Shown here piece by piece: positions 39,019 through 50,228 of a stretch of DNA of 64,000 bases (positions within the stretch are counted from its first letter, which is position 1; every line of letters starts with the position of its first letter). The position numbers were made by a program, and so were the translations under genes. A model generated the notes under the pieces. That model made no database searches, had not been told where the DNA came from, and saw only the letters and a list, made by a program, of their open reading frames with translations. The DNA comes from Dehalococcoidia bacterium. Lineage in GTDB: Bacteria; Chloroflexota; Dehalococcoidia; SM23-28-2; RBG-16-64-32. The DNA is taken from assembly GCA_034432935.1 (NCBI GenBank), contig DAOUBD010000054.1:52-64051 (forward strand), given 5' to 3'.

Positions 39019-40291
39019 CCACGTGGTTACGGCGGCAGTCCTCCTCTTCCTGGGGGCCCTAGCCTACGTCGCCCTGACGGGGGCAGAGGCCGGCATCATC
39101 GCCGGTGTCCGGGAGCGGGCCCTTAGGGAGCAGGCGGAGTCCAGAGTAGACGCCTTGCGCCGGTTCTACCAAGAGCGGCAGTTGACCCTTTCCTCGTTGG
39201 CGTTCGCCCGGAACCTCGCCCTCGTGGGCATGACCGCCGTTGTGGTCTTTGTCATCGTGCGGGAATGGGACGACTCTTGGCCCGTCCTCTTGGCCGCCGC
39301 GCTGCTCACCGCCAGCGGCACGATGCTCCTCCAGGCGTTGCCCCGCGCCATCGTCGCCCGCGACCCAGAGCGATGGCAGGCTACCATGCGCCCGCTGGTG
39401 GGGTTCATCCGCAGCCTATTCCGCTGGCCGGTGATGCTCTTGGACGCGCCAATGGGGGCCGTGGTCCGGACGTGGCAACGCCGGCAGCCCGCCGCCGGCA
39501 TTGGCGCCGAGGAGCTGATCCTGATCACAGAGATGGAGCAGACTGGCTCCGCCCTTCAGGAGGAGGAGCGGCAGATGATCCGGGGCGTGATGGAGATGGA
39601 GTTCACCACTGTGCGGGAGGTAATGGTGCCCCGCACCGACATCATCGCCCTGGACATCAGCGAGGGGTTCGACCGGCTGGCGCAGGTGATGGTGGACAGC
39701 GGCTACAGCCGCATCCCGCTGTACGAGGGCAACATCGACAACATCGCGGGCATCGCCTACGGCAAGCAGGTACTGAAACACCTGGCCAAGGGCACCCGCC
39801 CTTCCTCGCTCCGAGAGATCATCCGGCCTGCGCACTTCGTTCCCGAGAGCAAGAAGGTGCACGAGATGCTGGCCGAAATGCGGGAAAAACAGCTCTCCAT
39901 CGCCATCGTCGTGGACGAGTATGGCGGCACAGCAGGATTGGTGACCATCGAGGACCTCCTGGAGGAGATCGTCGGTGAGATCCGCGACGAGTTCGACATT
40001 CAGGAGCAAGAGGTCCAGCTACTGACCGCCAACGATGCCATCGTAGACGGCCGTGTCAGCATCGATGACCTGGCCGAAATGTTTGACGTGGAGATCCCCA
40101 AGAACGATTTCGATAGCATCGGCGGACTGATAGTCAACGAGCTTGGGCGCATGCCCAGCGTGGGCGACCATGTGCGGGTGAACGGCATAAGCTTGCGGGT
40201 GCTGAGCGTGGCTGGACGGCGCATCAAGAAGGTGCGGGTCACCAGGGTCGTTGGCGACGAAGCCAGCGGGGAGGCGCCGGCTCCCGAGTGA
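39011..40291 (+). CDS. CNNM/CorC/TlyC-family protein (DUF21 TM domain - CBS pair - CorC_HlyC)
   Basis: Four N-terminal TM helices, a CBS pair and a C-terminal transporter-associated domain. Confidence 0.8.
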   Translation: MDSHVVTAAVLLFLGALAYVALTGAEAGIIAGVRERALREQAESRVDALRRFYQERQLTLSSLAFARNLALVGMTAVVVFVIVREWDDSWPVLLAAALLTASGTMLLQALPRAIVARDPERWQATMRPLVGFIRSLFRWPVMLLDAPMGAVVRTWQRRQPAAGIGAEELILITEMEQTGSALQEEERQMIRGVMEMEFTTVREVMVPRTDIIALDISEGFDRLAQVMVDSGYSRIPLYEGNIDNIAGIAYGKQVLKHLAKGTRPSSLREIIRPAHFVPESKKVHEMLAEMREKQLSIAIVVDEYGGTAGLVTIEDLLEEIVGEIRDEFDIQEQEVQLLTANDAIVDGRVSIDDLAEMFDVEIPKNDFDSIGGLIVNELGRMPSVGDHVRVNGISLRVLSVAGRRIKKVRVTRVVGDEASGEAPAPE

Positions 40292-40342
40292 GGGAGGCGA
40301 CCCTGGCGGTGACGGCGCCCCTTTGGTGGGCGGCGCCGCCGT

Positions 40343-41473
40343 GTGCTAGAATGGCCGCCTGAGATGACGGCTGCCCAAGGGTTGGACCCAGAGGAGATCA
40401 AGTACTGGGTCGCCTTCCATCGCATCCCCGGCCTGGGCCGGGTCCGCTACTCCGCCCTCCTCAGCAGGTTTGGCCGACTGGCTGACGCCTGGAAGGCAGG
40501 CCCTGCTGACCTGCGGGCCGCGGGGCTCGAGGACCGGGTTGTTCGAGCCATAGCCGACGCCCGGCCCAGCATCGAGCCCGATGAGGAGATGGAGCGCCTG
40601 CATCGCGCCGGCGTGCGGGCCCTCTGCTGGAACGACCCCGCATACCCGCCCCGCCTGCGGGAGACGGAAGACCCGCCGCCGGTCCTTTACGTCCGCGGCG
40701 AGCTGCGGGAGAGCGACGAGTGGGCCGTTTCGGTGGTGGGCACCCGGCGGCCGACGCCATACGGGCGCCAGGTGGCGGAGGAGATCTCCTGCCAACTGGC
40801 CCACAACCGCATCTGCGTCATCAGCGGCCTGGCGCGGGGCGTCGACGCCATCGCCCACCGGGCCGCTCTCCAGGCCGGCGGCCGCACCATCGCCGTCCTG
40901 GCCTGCGGCCTGGACATCGTCTATCCGCCGGAGCACCTGCGGCTGGCCCGCGAGATAGTCGAGAACGGCGCGTTGGTGAGCGACTATCCCCTCGGGACCC
41001 AGCCCAGGGGCGACTACTTCCCCAGGCGCAACCGTATCCTCTCTGGAATGAGCCTCGGTGTCTTGGTGGTGGAAGGCGATCTGAAGAGCGGGGCGCTCAT
41101 CACCGCCCGGTTCGCCGTCGAGCAGAACCGGGAGGTCTTCGCCATCCCCGGCAGCATCTTCTCACCGCAAAGCCGGGGCACCAACGCGATAATACAGCGT
41201 GGCGAAGCCAAGCTCGTCCAAAAAGTGGAAGATATCTTGGTGGAGCTGAACCTGACGATGGTGCCGCAACAGCTTGAAATGACACAGCTCGTGCCCACAA
41301 CTGATACGGAGGCCGACATTCTGCGTCACATCACAAAGGAGCCTGTACATATAGACGAGGTCTGCCGCCAGAGCGGGTTGCCAGTGGCCACGGTAAGCAG
41401 TTTGCTTGCTATGCTGGAGCTAAAGGGCTTGATACGCCAGATGGGGCCGATGGCCTATGTCCGGGCGCGCTAG
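40343..41473 (+). CDS. dprA: DNA-processing protein DprA (Smf)
   Basis: Rossmann-like core GLARGVDAIAHRAAL..TIAVLACGLD..; the functional start may be ATG 40364. Confidence 0.85.
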   Translation: MLEWPPEMTAAQGLDPEEIKYWVAFHRIPGLGRVRYSALLSRFGRLADAWKAGPADLRAAGLEDRVVRAIADARPSIEPDEEMERLHRAGVRALCWNDPAYPPRLRETEDPPPVLYVRGELRESDEWAVSVVGTRRPTPYGRQVAEEISCQLAHNRICVISGLARGVDAIAHRAALQAGGRTIAVLACGLDIVYPPEHLRLAREIVENGALVSDYPLGTQPRGDYFPRRNRILSGMSLGVLVVEGDLKSGALITARFAVEQNREVFAIPGSIFSPQSRGTNAIIQRGEAKLVQKVEDILVELNLTMVPQQLEMTQLVPTTDTEADILRHITKEPVHIDEVCRQSGLPVATVSSLLAMLELKGLIRQMGPMAYVRAR

Positions 41474-41498
41474 CAGAGAAGGCGGATGAAGGTGGTGC

Positions 41499-43814
41499 TT
41501 GTTGCCTAGGAAAGCGACGAGAGACAAGAAGGGAGAGGACGGCAAGACGGGCGGCTTCGGCCGCAGCCTCGTCGTCGTGGAGTCGCCGGCCAAGGCGCGT
41601 ACCATCTCCCGGATCCTGGGCTCCGGGTATGAGGTGCGGGCTTCCGTGGGACACGTGCGGGACCTGCCCAAACGGGACCTCGGCGTGGACATCGAAGACG
41701 GCTTCCGGCCCAAGTACGTCGTGCCAAAGGAAAAGGCCCGCACCGTCCAGGAGATCCGCGAAGCAGCCCAGCGGGCCCGGACCTTGTATCTGGCCACAGA
41801 CCCCGACCGGGAGGGGGAGGCGATCGCCTGGCATATCCTGGAGGCTGCCAGGTTGAAGGACGTGCCGCACCGCCGGGTGGTATTCCACGAGATCACCCCC
41901 GAGGCCGTGCAGGAGGCGTTCCGGCACCCTCGCGACATCGACATGCATCTGGTGGATGCGCAACAAGCCCGGCGGGTCGTAGACCGCCTCGTGGGCTACC
42001 GGCTGAGCCCCTTCCTGTGGCGGAAGGTGCACCGGGGGCTCTCGGCTGGCCGCGTCCAGTCCGTGGCCCTGAGGCTGGTAGTGGAGCGCGAGCGGGAGAT
42101 CCAGGCTTTCCAACCGCAGGAATACTGGGTTATCGAAGCCCAGTTGGAGAAGGAGGGAGCCCCGCCTGCCTTCCGCGCCAAGCTCATCGGCTACGCCGGT
42201 CAGCGGCGAAAGCTAGAGGTCCCCAGCGCCGGGGAGGCCCAGCGCATCGGCTCCGACCTCCGTTCGTCCACCTACGGGGTCCTAAGTACCGATAGAAGGC
42301 AGCAGCCGCGCAAACCGCCGCCGCCCTTCATAACGAGTACCCTGCAACAGGAGGCCTCCCGCCGCCTCGGCTTCGCCACAAAGCGCACCATGGCTCTGGC
42401 ACAACAACTGTACGAGGGGGTGCCCCTGCCCGAGGGCGAGGTCGGTCTCATCACCTACATGCGCACCGACTCCACCCACGTCGCCCCGTCTGCCCTCGAC
42501 GAAACCCGGCGCTTCATCGCCGAGCGGTACGGGCAGGACTTCCTGCCGCCTTCGCCGCGGCGACACCGTCAGAAGGTCAAAGGCGCCCAGGAGGCCCACG
42601 AGGCGATCCGGCCCACCAGCATCTTCCGCGAGCCTGAGTCGGTGCGCAAGTACCTCAAGCCCGAGCAGTACCGCCTCTACAAGCTCATCTGGCAGCGGAT
42701 GGTGGCCAGCCAGATGGCTGACGCCATCATCGACGTCACGACTGTAGATATAGAGGGGGCGCCGCCAAACAGGAGGCCGTCATACCTCCTGCGGGCGGCC
42801 AACATGCAGATGCGCTTTCCGGGGTTCCGCCAGGTGTACGAGGAGGGCCGGGACGACGGAGAGGAGGAGGACCTGGGTAAGAACCCGCTGCCCGAGCTCG
42901 CTTCTGGCGACCCCCTGCGTCTGCTGGACATCGACCTCCAGCAGCGCTTCACGGAGCCGCCGCCACGGTATACGGAGGCCACGTTGGTGAAGGCGCTGGA
43001 AGAAAAAGGCATCGGCCGCCCCAGCACCTACGCGCCCACCATGTCCACCATCCAGGAGAGGAACTACGTGGCCAAGGAGGGACGCTACCTCAAGCCGACA
43101 GAGCTGGGTTTCGTAGTCAACGATATCCTAGTGAGCAGCTTCCCCGATTTCGTGGACGTGGGGTTCACGGCAGAGATGGAAGATGAGCTCGATCAGGTGG
43201 CTGGCGGGGAACGCCCATGGCAAGAGGTGGTGGAGAGCGTCTACCTCCCCTTGGAAGATGCCCTGGCAAAGGCGAAGGCCGAGGTCCCGAAACAGGTGGA
43301 GGAGACGGGCGAGGCCTGCCCAGAGTGCGGCAGGCCCCTTGTGATCCGCTGGGGCCGTCGCGGCCGCTTCCTGGCTTGCTCCGGGTACCCCGAATGCCGG
43401 TTCACTAGGCCCCTGGATGGCACAGAGGAGTCAGGGCCGGAGATCACCGAGGAGAGCTGCCCCCAGTGCTCATCCCCCATGGTGATCAGGAGCGGCCGCT
43501 TCGGCAAGTTCCTGGCCTGCTCCAACTACCCCCGCTGCAAGGGAACCAAACCCATGGGTACCGGCGTGCGCTGCCCCCAGGACGGCGGGCAGATGGTGGA
43601 ACGCCGGTCCAAGCGAGGCAAACTCTTCTTCGGATGTGAGAACTACCCCAAGTGCGATTTCGTCCTCTGGAACCGGCCGCTGCCACAGCCCTGCCCCAAC
43701 TGCGGCGGAATCATCACGGCGGCCCGGGAAGGCAAGGCACGGTGCACTAGGTGCGAATGGCAGGGGGAAGCGCCGCAGACCGCTCCCACCCCTGAGGCCG
43801 CCCCGGTGCCCTGA
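41499..43814 (+). CDS. topA: DNA topoisomerase I with C-terminal zinc-ribbon repeats
   Basis: TOPRIM VVVESPAKA.TI, active-site region, three CxxC..CxxC ribbons; TTG start. Confidence 0.9.
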   Translation: MLPRKATRDKKGEDGKTGGFGRSLVVVESPAKARTISRILGSGYEVRASVGHVRDLPKRDLGVDIEDGFRPKYVVPKEKARTVQEIREAAQRARTLYLATDPDREGEAIAWHILEAARLKDVPHRRVVFHEITPEAVQEAFRHPRDIDMHLVDAQQARRVVDRLVGYRLSPFLWRKVHRGLSAGRVQSVALRLVVEREREIQAFQPQEYWVIEAQLEKEGAPPAFRAKLIGYAGQRRKLEVPSAGEAQRIGSDLRSSTYGVLSTDRRQQPRKPPPPFITSTLQQEASRRLGFATKRTMALAQQLYEGVPLPEGEVGLITYMRTDSTHVAPSALDETRRFIAERYGQDFLPPSPRRHRQKVKGAQEAHEAIRPTSIFREPESVRKYLKPEQYRLYKLIWQRMVASQMADAIIDVTTVDIEGAPPNRRPSYLLRAANMQMRFPGFRQVYEEGRDDGEEEDLGKNPLPELASGDPLRLLDIDLQQRFTEPPPRYTEATLVKALEEKGIGRPSTYAPTMSTIQERNYVAKEGRYLKPTELGFVVNDILVSSFPDFVDVGFTAEMEDELDQVAGGERPWQEVVESVYLPLEDALAKAKAEVPKQVEETGEACPECGRPLVIRWGRRGRFLACSGYPECRFTRPLDGTEESGPEITEESCPQCSSPMVIRSGRFGKFLACSNYPRCKGTKPMGTGVRCPQDGGQMVERRSKRGKLFFGCENYPKCDFVLWNRPLPQPCPNCGGIITAAREGKARCTRCEWQGEAPQTAPTPEAAPVP

Positions 43815-43860
43815 TGCAGCCTGAGTTAATCCGCCGCTACGGCGCCGCGTTCTACCTAGC

Positions 43861-44823
43861 GTGAGGGAGAGCCAGCACAGCCAAGTGGAACCGCCGGGCG
43901 CCAGCCTGATCGAGGCGTATATCCGCTACCTTACGGCCGAGAAGAACCTCTCCCCCTTCACCCTGCGCAACTACCGGAGCGACCTAATGGACCTGGCGCG
44001 CTACCTGCACGAGGTGGAGGCGCTGGACCTGCTGCATCTCGACCGCCAGACCTTCCGCCGCTATCTGGCGAGCCGCAGGGAGGGCGGCTCCGCCACGGCC
44101 AGCCTTACGCGCAAGGCCAGCACCGCCAGGGGCTTCTACCGCTTTCTGGTGCAGGACGGCAAGCTGGACGCTAACCCGTTGGCCGCCGTCTCTGGGCCCA
44201 AGCGGGAGCGCCGCCTGCCTACGATCCTGGACAAAAAGGATTTGGTAGCCCTCATCGAATCGGCGTGCGAAGAGACGCCCCAGGGGCTGCGCAACCGCGC
44301 GCTGCTGGAGCTGATGTATGCCGCAGGCGTGCGCCTGAGCGAGGTGGTGGGCCTGGACGTGCGCCACCTGGACCTGGACGAAAGGCGTCTGTTGGTACGG
44401 GGGAAGGGCAACAAAGAGCGCATAGTCCTCTTCGGCGAGCCGGCGTCCAAAGCCCTCACCCGGTATCTGATCGAGGGGCGGCCGAAGCTAGCTTCCGGCG
44501 CGGAGCCGGCCCTTTTCGTGAACCGGGACGGCAAGCGGCTCTCAGGCCGCTCCATCCAGCAGATCGTGCGGCGTCATGCCCTCAAGGCTGGGCTGGACAA
44601 GAGGGTGTTCCCTCACCTTCTGCGGCACTCTTTCGCCACCCATCTCCTCGACGGCGGCGCCGAGCTCCGCGTCGTGCAAGAGCTCCTGGGCCATGCTAGC
44701 GCCTCTACCACTCAGATCTACACCCACGTGACGGAGGAACGTCAAAGGGAGACCATGGAGGCGGCCAGGCGGCGCTTGACGGAGATCATCCTGAAGGGGC
44801 GCAGAGGCAAGGGCAGCGCCTGA
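43861..44823 (+). CDS. tyrosine site-specific recombinase of the XerC/XerD family
   Basis: [23 protein letters not shown] catalytic box; conserved position after dprA-topA. Confidence 0.85.
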   Translation: MRESQHSQVEPPGASLIEAYIRYLTAEKNLSPFTLRNYRSDLMDLARYLHEVEALDLLHLDRQTFRRYLASRREGGSATASLTRKASTARGFYRFLVQDGKLDANPLAAVSGPKRERRLPTILDKKDLVALIESACEETPQGLRNRALLELMYAAGVRLSEVVGLDVRHLDLDERRLLVRGKGNKERIVLFGEPASKALTRYLIEGRPKLASGAEPALFVNRDGKRLSGRSIQQIVRRHALKAGLDKRVFPHLLRHSFATHLLDGGAELRVVQELLGHASASTTQIYTHVTEERQRETMEAARRRLTEIILKGRRGKGSA

Positions 44824-44858
44824 GGCGGCAATTGCGTCCCGCAGGCTATACTCTGGGC

Positions 44859-45305
44859 ATGGGCATGCGCATACTCCTGATCAACGGGCCAAACCTTAAC
44901 ACCCTGGGCGCCCGCGAGCCGGAACACTACGGCCGTGTCACCCTGGCCGAGGTGGAGGAACGGGTCCGCAAGCGGGGAACGCAACTGGGGGCAGAGGTCG
45001 TCTGCTTTCAGTCCAATAGCGAGGGGGAGATCATCGACTTCCTGCAAGAGCAGGCGCCCTCGGCCGCTGGCGTCATCATCAACCCAGGAGCTTTCACCCA
45101 CTACAGCATCGCTATCCGCGATGCTCTGGTGGCTAGTAAGCTGCCCGCCGTGGAGGTGCACATATCGAACATCTACGCCCGCGAGCAGTTCCGCCACCAT
45201 TCCGTCATCGCCGATGTCGCCCTGGGCCAGATCAGCGGGCTTGGCTGGCGGGGCTACTTGGCGGCCCTTGATGCCTTGGTCGGCATCCTAGAAGAGAAGG
45301 CCTGA
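44859..45305 (+). CDS. aroQ: type II 3-dehydroquinate dehydratase
   Basis: [23 protein letters not shown]..; start ATG 44859 or 44865. Confidence 0.85.
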   Translation: MGMRILLINGPNLNTLGAREPEHYGRVTLAEVEERVRKRGTQLGAEVVCFQSNSEGEIIDFLQEQAPSAAGVIINPGAFTHYSIAIRDALVASKLPAVEVHISNIYAREQFRHHSVIADVALGQISGLGWRGYLAALDALVGILEEKA

Positions 45306-46417
45306 TGGCAGACCGGCTGGCCCGTCTGCGGGCCCGAATGGCAGAAGAGAACCTGGACGGGTTCCTAGTGGGCGCTCCCGTGGAGGACATCTTCCACACC
45401 CACGGGGCCAACCGCCGCTACCTCTCGGGCTTCACCGGCTCCACGGGATGGCTTTTGGTGACGTTGGACGCGGCCTTCATCGCCGTGGACTTCCGCTATT
45501 TCGAGCAGGCCCAGCGGGAGGCTCCCGCCTTCAGGCTGTTCCAGGCCAACGGGGGCATCGAGAAGTGGTTTGCGCAACTGGTGGGAGAGGCAGGCCTGGC
45601 CGGGAAGCGCATCGGCTTCGAGCCCGGTGACGTTTCCGTAGCCGCCCTTCAGTCCATGCGCAAGGCTTTGGCCGCGCTGCCCGCGGCGGAGCGGCCGAAG
45701 CTGTCGCCGGCGCCGCCTCTCGTCTCGCAGCTTCGCGCGGCCAAGGATCCGGAGGAGGTGGCCGCCCTCCAACGGGCGGTCGACCTGGGGGACGAGGCCT
45801 TCTCGGCCGTCGCCGGCAGGATCGAACCCGGGTGGACGGAGAAGCGGGTGGCCTGGGAGATCGAGAAGTACGCCCGGGAGCACGGCGCCGAGGGGATGTC
45901 CTTCCCCACCATAGTTGCCGCCGGGCCTTGGGGAGCCATGCCCCACGCCCAGCCGCGCGATTACCCCATCCGGGAGGGTGAGCCCATCGTCATCGACATG
46001 GGCGTCGTCGTGGACGGCTACTGCTCGGACCTGACGCGCACCATCGTGCTAGGAAGACCCGACCCGCAGTTCTACAGGATCTACGACATCGTCCTGACCG
46101 CCCAGAGGACGGCGGAGGAGCTGATCCGCTCAGGCATGACAGGGGAAGAGGCCCACATGCTGGCCCACAGCGTTATCGCCGAGGCTGGCTACGGAGAGAA
46201 CTTCGGCCACGGCCTGGGCCACGGCGTCGGCCTCCTGATCCACGAAGCGCCCCGGCTGGCCAAGGCATCCAAGGACGAACTGGTGGACGGGATGGTGATA
46301 ACGGTGGAGCCGGGGATATATATCACCGGCTGGGGCGGAGTGCGCATCGAGGACCAGACGGTGCTGGAGGGCGGCAAGGTGCGCGTGATGAGCCGGGCGC
46401 CGAAGCTGGTTCTCTAG
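45305..46417 (+). CDS. M24-family Xaa-Pro aminopeptidase
   Basis: HGLGHGVGL..HE pita-bread metal ligands. Confidence 0.8.
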   Translation: MADRLARLRARMAEENLDGFLVGAPVEDIFHTHGANRRYLSGFTGSTGWLLVTLDAAFIAVDFRYFEQAQREAPAFRLFQANGGIEKWFAQLVGEAGLAGKRIGFEPGDVSVAALQSMRKALAALPAAERPKLSPAPPLVSQLRAAKDPEEVAALQRAVDLGDEAFSAVAGRIEPGWTEKRVAWEIEKYAREHGAEGMSFPTIVAAGPWGAMPHAQPRDYPIREGEPIVIDMGVVVDGYCSDLTRTIVLGRPDPQFYRIYDIVLTAQRTAEELIRSGMTGEEAHMLAHSVIAEAGYGENFGHGLGHGVGLLIHEAPRLAKASKDELVDGMVITVEPGIYITGWGGVRIEDQTVLEGGKVRVMSRAPKLVL

Positions 46418-46548
46418 GGCTCCCTATGGCTCTTGCCCGCTGTCTTGCCGGCCCAGCCCGGCAGGCCCTAAATTGATAGGAGCGGCCCTTGGCCATCTCT
46501 TAGGCACAGGGGCCTGGCTGTGATCCCTCAGAAAGGAAAGAGGACTGC

Positions 46549-47112
46549 ATGATCGAGACCGGAGACCTGCGCAAAGGGTCGACCATCGAGATAGACGGCA
46601 CGCTGTACCAGGTGATTGAGGTCGAGCACCTCAAACTGGGCCGCGGCAGCGCCCAGGTCCGCATGAAGCTGCGGGACCTGCGGGCCGGCCACATCGTCGA
46701 TAAGTCCGTCCAGGCCGGGTCCCGCTTCACCCGGGCCAGGGTGGAGCGCCAGCCTGCCCAATACCTGTACAGCGAGGGCGACCTGTACTACTTCATGAAC
46801 ACAGAGACGTACGATCAGTTCCCCCTGGACAAGAACCACCTGGGGGACGCCCTCAACTACCTCAAAGAGAACTCCACCTGCAATCTGTTGATGTATGGCA
46901 ACGAGCCAGTGGGCATCGAACTGCCGGCGGCAGTCGAGCTGGCGGTGGTGGAAACCGAACCGTGGGTGCGGGGCGACACCGCCCAGGGAGGCACCAAGCC
47001 GGCCAAGCTCGAGACCGGCATAACGGTCCAGGTGCCTCTCTTCATAAACGTGGGGGACGTACTTAAGATCGATACGCGCACCGGGGAGTACCTGGAGCGC
47101 GCCAACAAGTAG
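46549..47112 (+). CDS. efp: elongation factor P
   Basis: Full-length EF-P; the aroQ-pepP-efp arrangement is conserved; GGAAAGAGG SD. Confidence 0.95.
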   Translation: MIETGDLRKGSTIEIDGTLYQVIEVEHLKLGRGSAQVRMKLRDLRAGHIVDKSVQAGSRFTRARVERQPAQYLYSEGDLYYFMNTETYDQFPLDKNHLGDALNYLKENSTCNLLMYGNEPVGIELPAAVELAVVETEPWVRGDTAQGGTKPAKLETGITVQVPLFINVGDVLKIDTRTGEYLERANK

Positions 47113-47179
47113 GCCCGTCCCGGCGCCAGGCGGCCACCAGGCTCTCGAACATCGCCGCCATCCGTGCCACAATAGCGGC

Positions 47180-48373
47180 GTGATCGAAGCCGTCCGCGTC
47201 TCATGGCTCACAGCCTACATCCGCGCGTTAGTGCAGGGCGACCTGCGCCTCTCCGACATATGGGTCGAGGGAGAGGTCTCCAGCCTGAGCCGCTCGCAGC
47301 GGGGCCACACCTACTTCACCCTCAAGGAGGGTGATTGCCAGATCCGCTGCGTAATGTTCCAGCGATCGGGCCGGGGGGCAGCCATCGAGAACGGCGCCCA
47401 GGTGTTAGCTCACGGCAGTGTGGACTTCTGGGAGGGCCGCGGTGAGATCCAGTTCGTCGTGGATTTCGTGCAGCCGGCGGGCGTCGGCCCCCGCCAGGCC
47501 GAGTTCGAACGCCTGAAGGAGAAGCTGGGGGCTGAAGGTCTTTTCGACGAGACGCGGAAGCGAAAACTGCCGGCCTTCCCCATGCGCATCGGAGTCGTCA
47601 CCTCACCCACTGGCGCTGTCCTGCATGACATCTGCCACGTCCTGGAACGCCGCTGGCCGCTGGCGGAGGTGGTTCTGGCCCCGACACCTGTCCAGGGGGC
47701 CGAGGCGCCGGCGGGCGTCGCCGCGGCCATCGGCCAGATCAACCGCGAGCCGGGGATCGACGTCATCATCGTGGCCCGAGGCGGCGGCTCGATGGAAGAG
47801 CTGTGGACATTCAACGAGGAGACCGTGGCCCGCGCCATCTTCGCCAGCGCCGTGCCGGTGGTCTCCGCCATCGGCCACGAGACCGACTTCACCATCGCTG
47901 ATTTCGTCGCCGATCTGCGGGCGCCTACGCCTTCTGCCGCCGCCGAGACCGTGGCGCCCGACTGGCAGGAGGTCGCCCGGCGTGTGCAAAACCTCGCCGC
48001 GACGGCCGTGCGGACTTTGAGCGGCAGGGTAAGCCAGCGGCAGCACGAAGTCGACCGCTCTCTGCACCGCCTGCGCCTCTCGCTGCCGGACATTGGCCGG
48101 CATAAGGAAAGGATCTGCAACCAGGTGCGGCACGCCCGCAACGCCCTGGAGCGCGGCATAGAGCAGCGGCGGGACCGGGCCGGCGCCCTGGCCTCCTGGC
48201 TGCGCTCGCTGGACCCGAGGGCCACTTTGGCCCGGGGCTACGCCGTGGTTCAGCTTCGGGAGGGCAAGATGGCCATCACCAGCGTGCGCCAAGTGAAGGG
48301 GAAGGACCGCCTGGACATCCACGTCCGGGACGGGCGGTTCCCAGCGGAGGTATCCCGCCAGTATGGCTTCTAG
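47180..48373 (+). CDS. xseA: exodeoxyribonuclease VII large subunit
   Basis: OB-fold N-terminus and ExoVII_L core. Confidence 0.85.
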   Translation: MIEAVRVSWLTAYIRALVQGDLRLSDIWVEGEVSSLSRSQRGHTYFTLKEGDCQIRCVMFQRSGRGAAIENGAQVLAHGSVDFWEGRGEIQFVVDFVQPAGVGPRQAEFERLKEKLGAEGLFDETRKRKLPAFPMRIGVVTSPTGAVLHDICHVLERRWPLAEVVLAPTPVQGAEAPAGVAAAIGQINREPGIDVIIVARGGGSMEELWTFNEETVARAIFASAVPVVSAIGHETDFTIADFVADLRAPTPSAAAETVAPDWQEVARRVQNLAATAVRTLSGRVSQRQHEVDRSLHRLRLSLPDIGRHKERICNQVRHARNALERGIEQRRDRAGALASWLRSLDPRATLARGYAVVQLREGKMAITSVRQVKGKDRLDIHVRDGRFPAEVSRQYGF

Positions 48374-48668
48374 AGACCGCCCGGCGCAGGAGAGGGAAAC
48401 CTTCGAGGCGCTGTACAGCCGCCTCGAGCAGACGGTGCAGCGCCTCGAGAACGGGGGCCTGACGCTGGAGGAATCCCTGGCCCTGTTCGAGGAGGGGATG
48501 GAGTTAGCGCGCCGCTGCCAGGAGATGCTGGACCGGGCCGAGCAACGCGTCATCCGGCTTCAGCAGGCCCTTAGCGACCAGTTGGGGGGCCCCCCTCCTG
48601 CGCAGGAAGCCGGCTACTTCGAGCCTGGGGAGCCGGAGGGCCTCCTCGACGAGGCGGAAGAGCAATGA
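48363..48668 (+). CDS. xseB: exodeoxyribonuclease VII small subunit
   Basis: FEEALKRLEEIV-type helical protein; overlaps xseA by 11 nt. Confidence 0.8.
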   Translation: MASRDRPAQERETFEALYSRLEQTVQRLENGGLTLEESLALFEEGMELARRCQEMLDRAEQRVIRLQQALSDQLGGPPPAQEAGYFEPGEPEGLLDEAEEQ

Positions 48669-49336
48669 CCGGCGACATCACCGTTCGGGCAGATCTTCAC
48701 ACCCACACGTACTACTCGCCTGATAGCATCCTCTCCCCGCGCGATCTGGTGGTCCGCTGCCAGCAAGTGGGCATAGGATGCGTTGCCGTGACGGACCACA
48801 ACACCATCCGCGGCGGCCTGGCCGTACGGGAGATGGCCGGCTTCCGCGTCATCGTTGGGGAGGAGGTGCGCTCCGCCGACGGTGAGATCATCGGCCTCTT
48901 CCTCTCGCAAGAGGTACCGCCGGGGCTGAGCGCCGGGGAGACCATACGGCGGATACGCGACCAGGGGGGCCTGGTTGGCCTGCCGCACCCCTTCGACAGC
49001 CTGCGATCTGCCCTGCGCCCGGAGCTAGCCGAATCGATGGCCGGCGAAGTCGACTTCGTGGAGGTGGTGAACGCGCGGATCGTAGTCGCAGTGCACAACA
49101 AGAGGGCCGCAGAGTTCGCCCGCAAGCACGGCCTGGCGGCCTCCGCGGGCAGCGATGCGCATTCTGCCCGTGAGGTCGGCCGCGCCTACGTGGAGATGCG
49201 GCCTTTCAGCGGGCCCGCTGACTTCCTGCCAGCCCTTAGGGACGGCCGCCCGATGGGACGGCTCTCCAGCCCTCTGATCCACCTGGTGAGCCGCTACGCC
49301 ACACTGCGGCACAAGCTGGGATGGAACCCGCCGTGA
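48665..49336 (+). CDS. PHP-domain metal-dependent phosphoesterase
   Basis: DLHTHTYYSPDS..VAVTDHN PHP motifs. Confidence 0.7.
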   Translation: MTGDITVRADLHTHTYYSPDSILSPRDLVVRCQQVGIGCVAVTDHNTIRGGLAVREMAGFRVIVGEEVRSADGEIIGLFLSQEVPPGLSAGETIRRIRDQGGLVGLPHPFDSLRSALRPELAESMAGEVDFVEVVNARIVVAVHNKRAAEFARKHGLAASAGSDAHSAREVGRAYVEMRPFSGPADFLPALRDGRPMGRLSSPLIHLVSRYATLRHKLGWNPP

Positions 49337-50157
49337 CCCTTACGCTCGGTTGGTTCTCCACCGGCCGCGGCCCCACCTCGCGCAAGCTATTGGCCGCCGC
49401 CCACGACGAGATCGCCTCGGGACGCCTGGACGCCCGCATCGTGGTGGTGTTCTGCAACCGGGAGCAGGGTGAGGACCCCAACACCGATATCTTCCTCGAC
49501 CAGGTGCGGGGATACGGCCTCCCTCTGGTCTGCTTCTCATCGAGGGCCTTCCGGCGAGCCCGCGGCGAGAAGCCGGCGCGCAAAGGCGAGCCGCTGCCCC
49601 AGTGGCGGCGGGAATATGACCGGGAGGTTATGCGCCTTCTGGAGCCATATCCTTTCCAACTGGGGGTGCTCGCCGGGTACATGCTCATCTTCACGGAGGA
49701 GGCGGCCGCCCGCTACGACCTTCTGAACTTGCACCCGGCGGCCCCGGGGGGACCCAAGGGAGTGTGGCAAGATGTCATCTGGCAGCTCATCGAGGCGAGG
49801 GCCGAGACGGCTGGCGTGATGCTTCACCTGGCGACAGCCCAACTGGATGAAGGCCCCCCCGTCACGTACTGCACCTACCCCATACGCGGCCCCGCCTTCG
49901 ACCACTTGTGGCAACTCGTAGAAGGCCGCTCCGTCGATGAGATCAAGGCCACAGACGGAGAGTCGCATCCTTTGTTCGTCGAGATCAGGCGCCACGGCGT
50001 CGCCAGGGAGGTCCCCTTGGTCATAGAGACGCTGCGGGCCTTCGCAGACGGACGCGTGCGCATAGTGAACAAGCGGGTTGTGGACGCCAGCGGCCAGCCC
50101 ATAGGGGGCTACGACCTCAGCCCGGAGATCGAGCGTCTCGTTGCTGGGGCGCTGTGA
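49321..50157 (+). CDS. formyltransferase-family protein, divergent PurN-like with insertions
   Basis: NLHPAAPGG (PurN NxHPSLLP), LDEGPPV (catalytic Asp region) and RIVVVFCN; at 278 aa it is longer than PurN. Confidence 0.5.
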   Translation: MEPAVTLTLGWFSTGRGPTSRKLLAAAHDEIASGRLDARIVVVFCNREQGEDPNTDIFLDQVRGYGLPLVCFSSRAFRRARGEKPARKGEPLPQWRREYDREVMRLLEPYPFQLGVLAGYMLIFTEEAAARYDLLNLHPAAPGGPKGVWQDVIWQLIEARAETAGVMLHLATAQLDEGPPVTYCTYPIRGPAFDHLWQLVEGRSVDEIKATDGESHPLFVEIRRHGVAREVPLVIETLRAFADGRVRIVNKRVVDASGQPIGGYDLSPEIERLVAGAL

Positions 50158-50228
50158 GCCATCGCCAACGTTCAAATGTGAGGTGGGTTATAATACGGCC
50201 GAGCCGCATCACCGGGTAAGGGGGACGA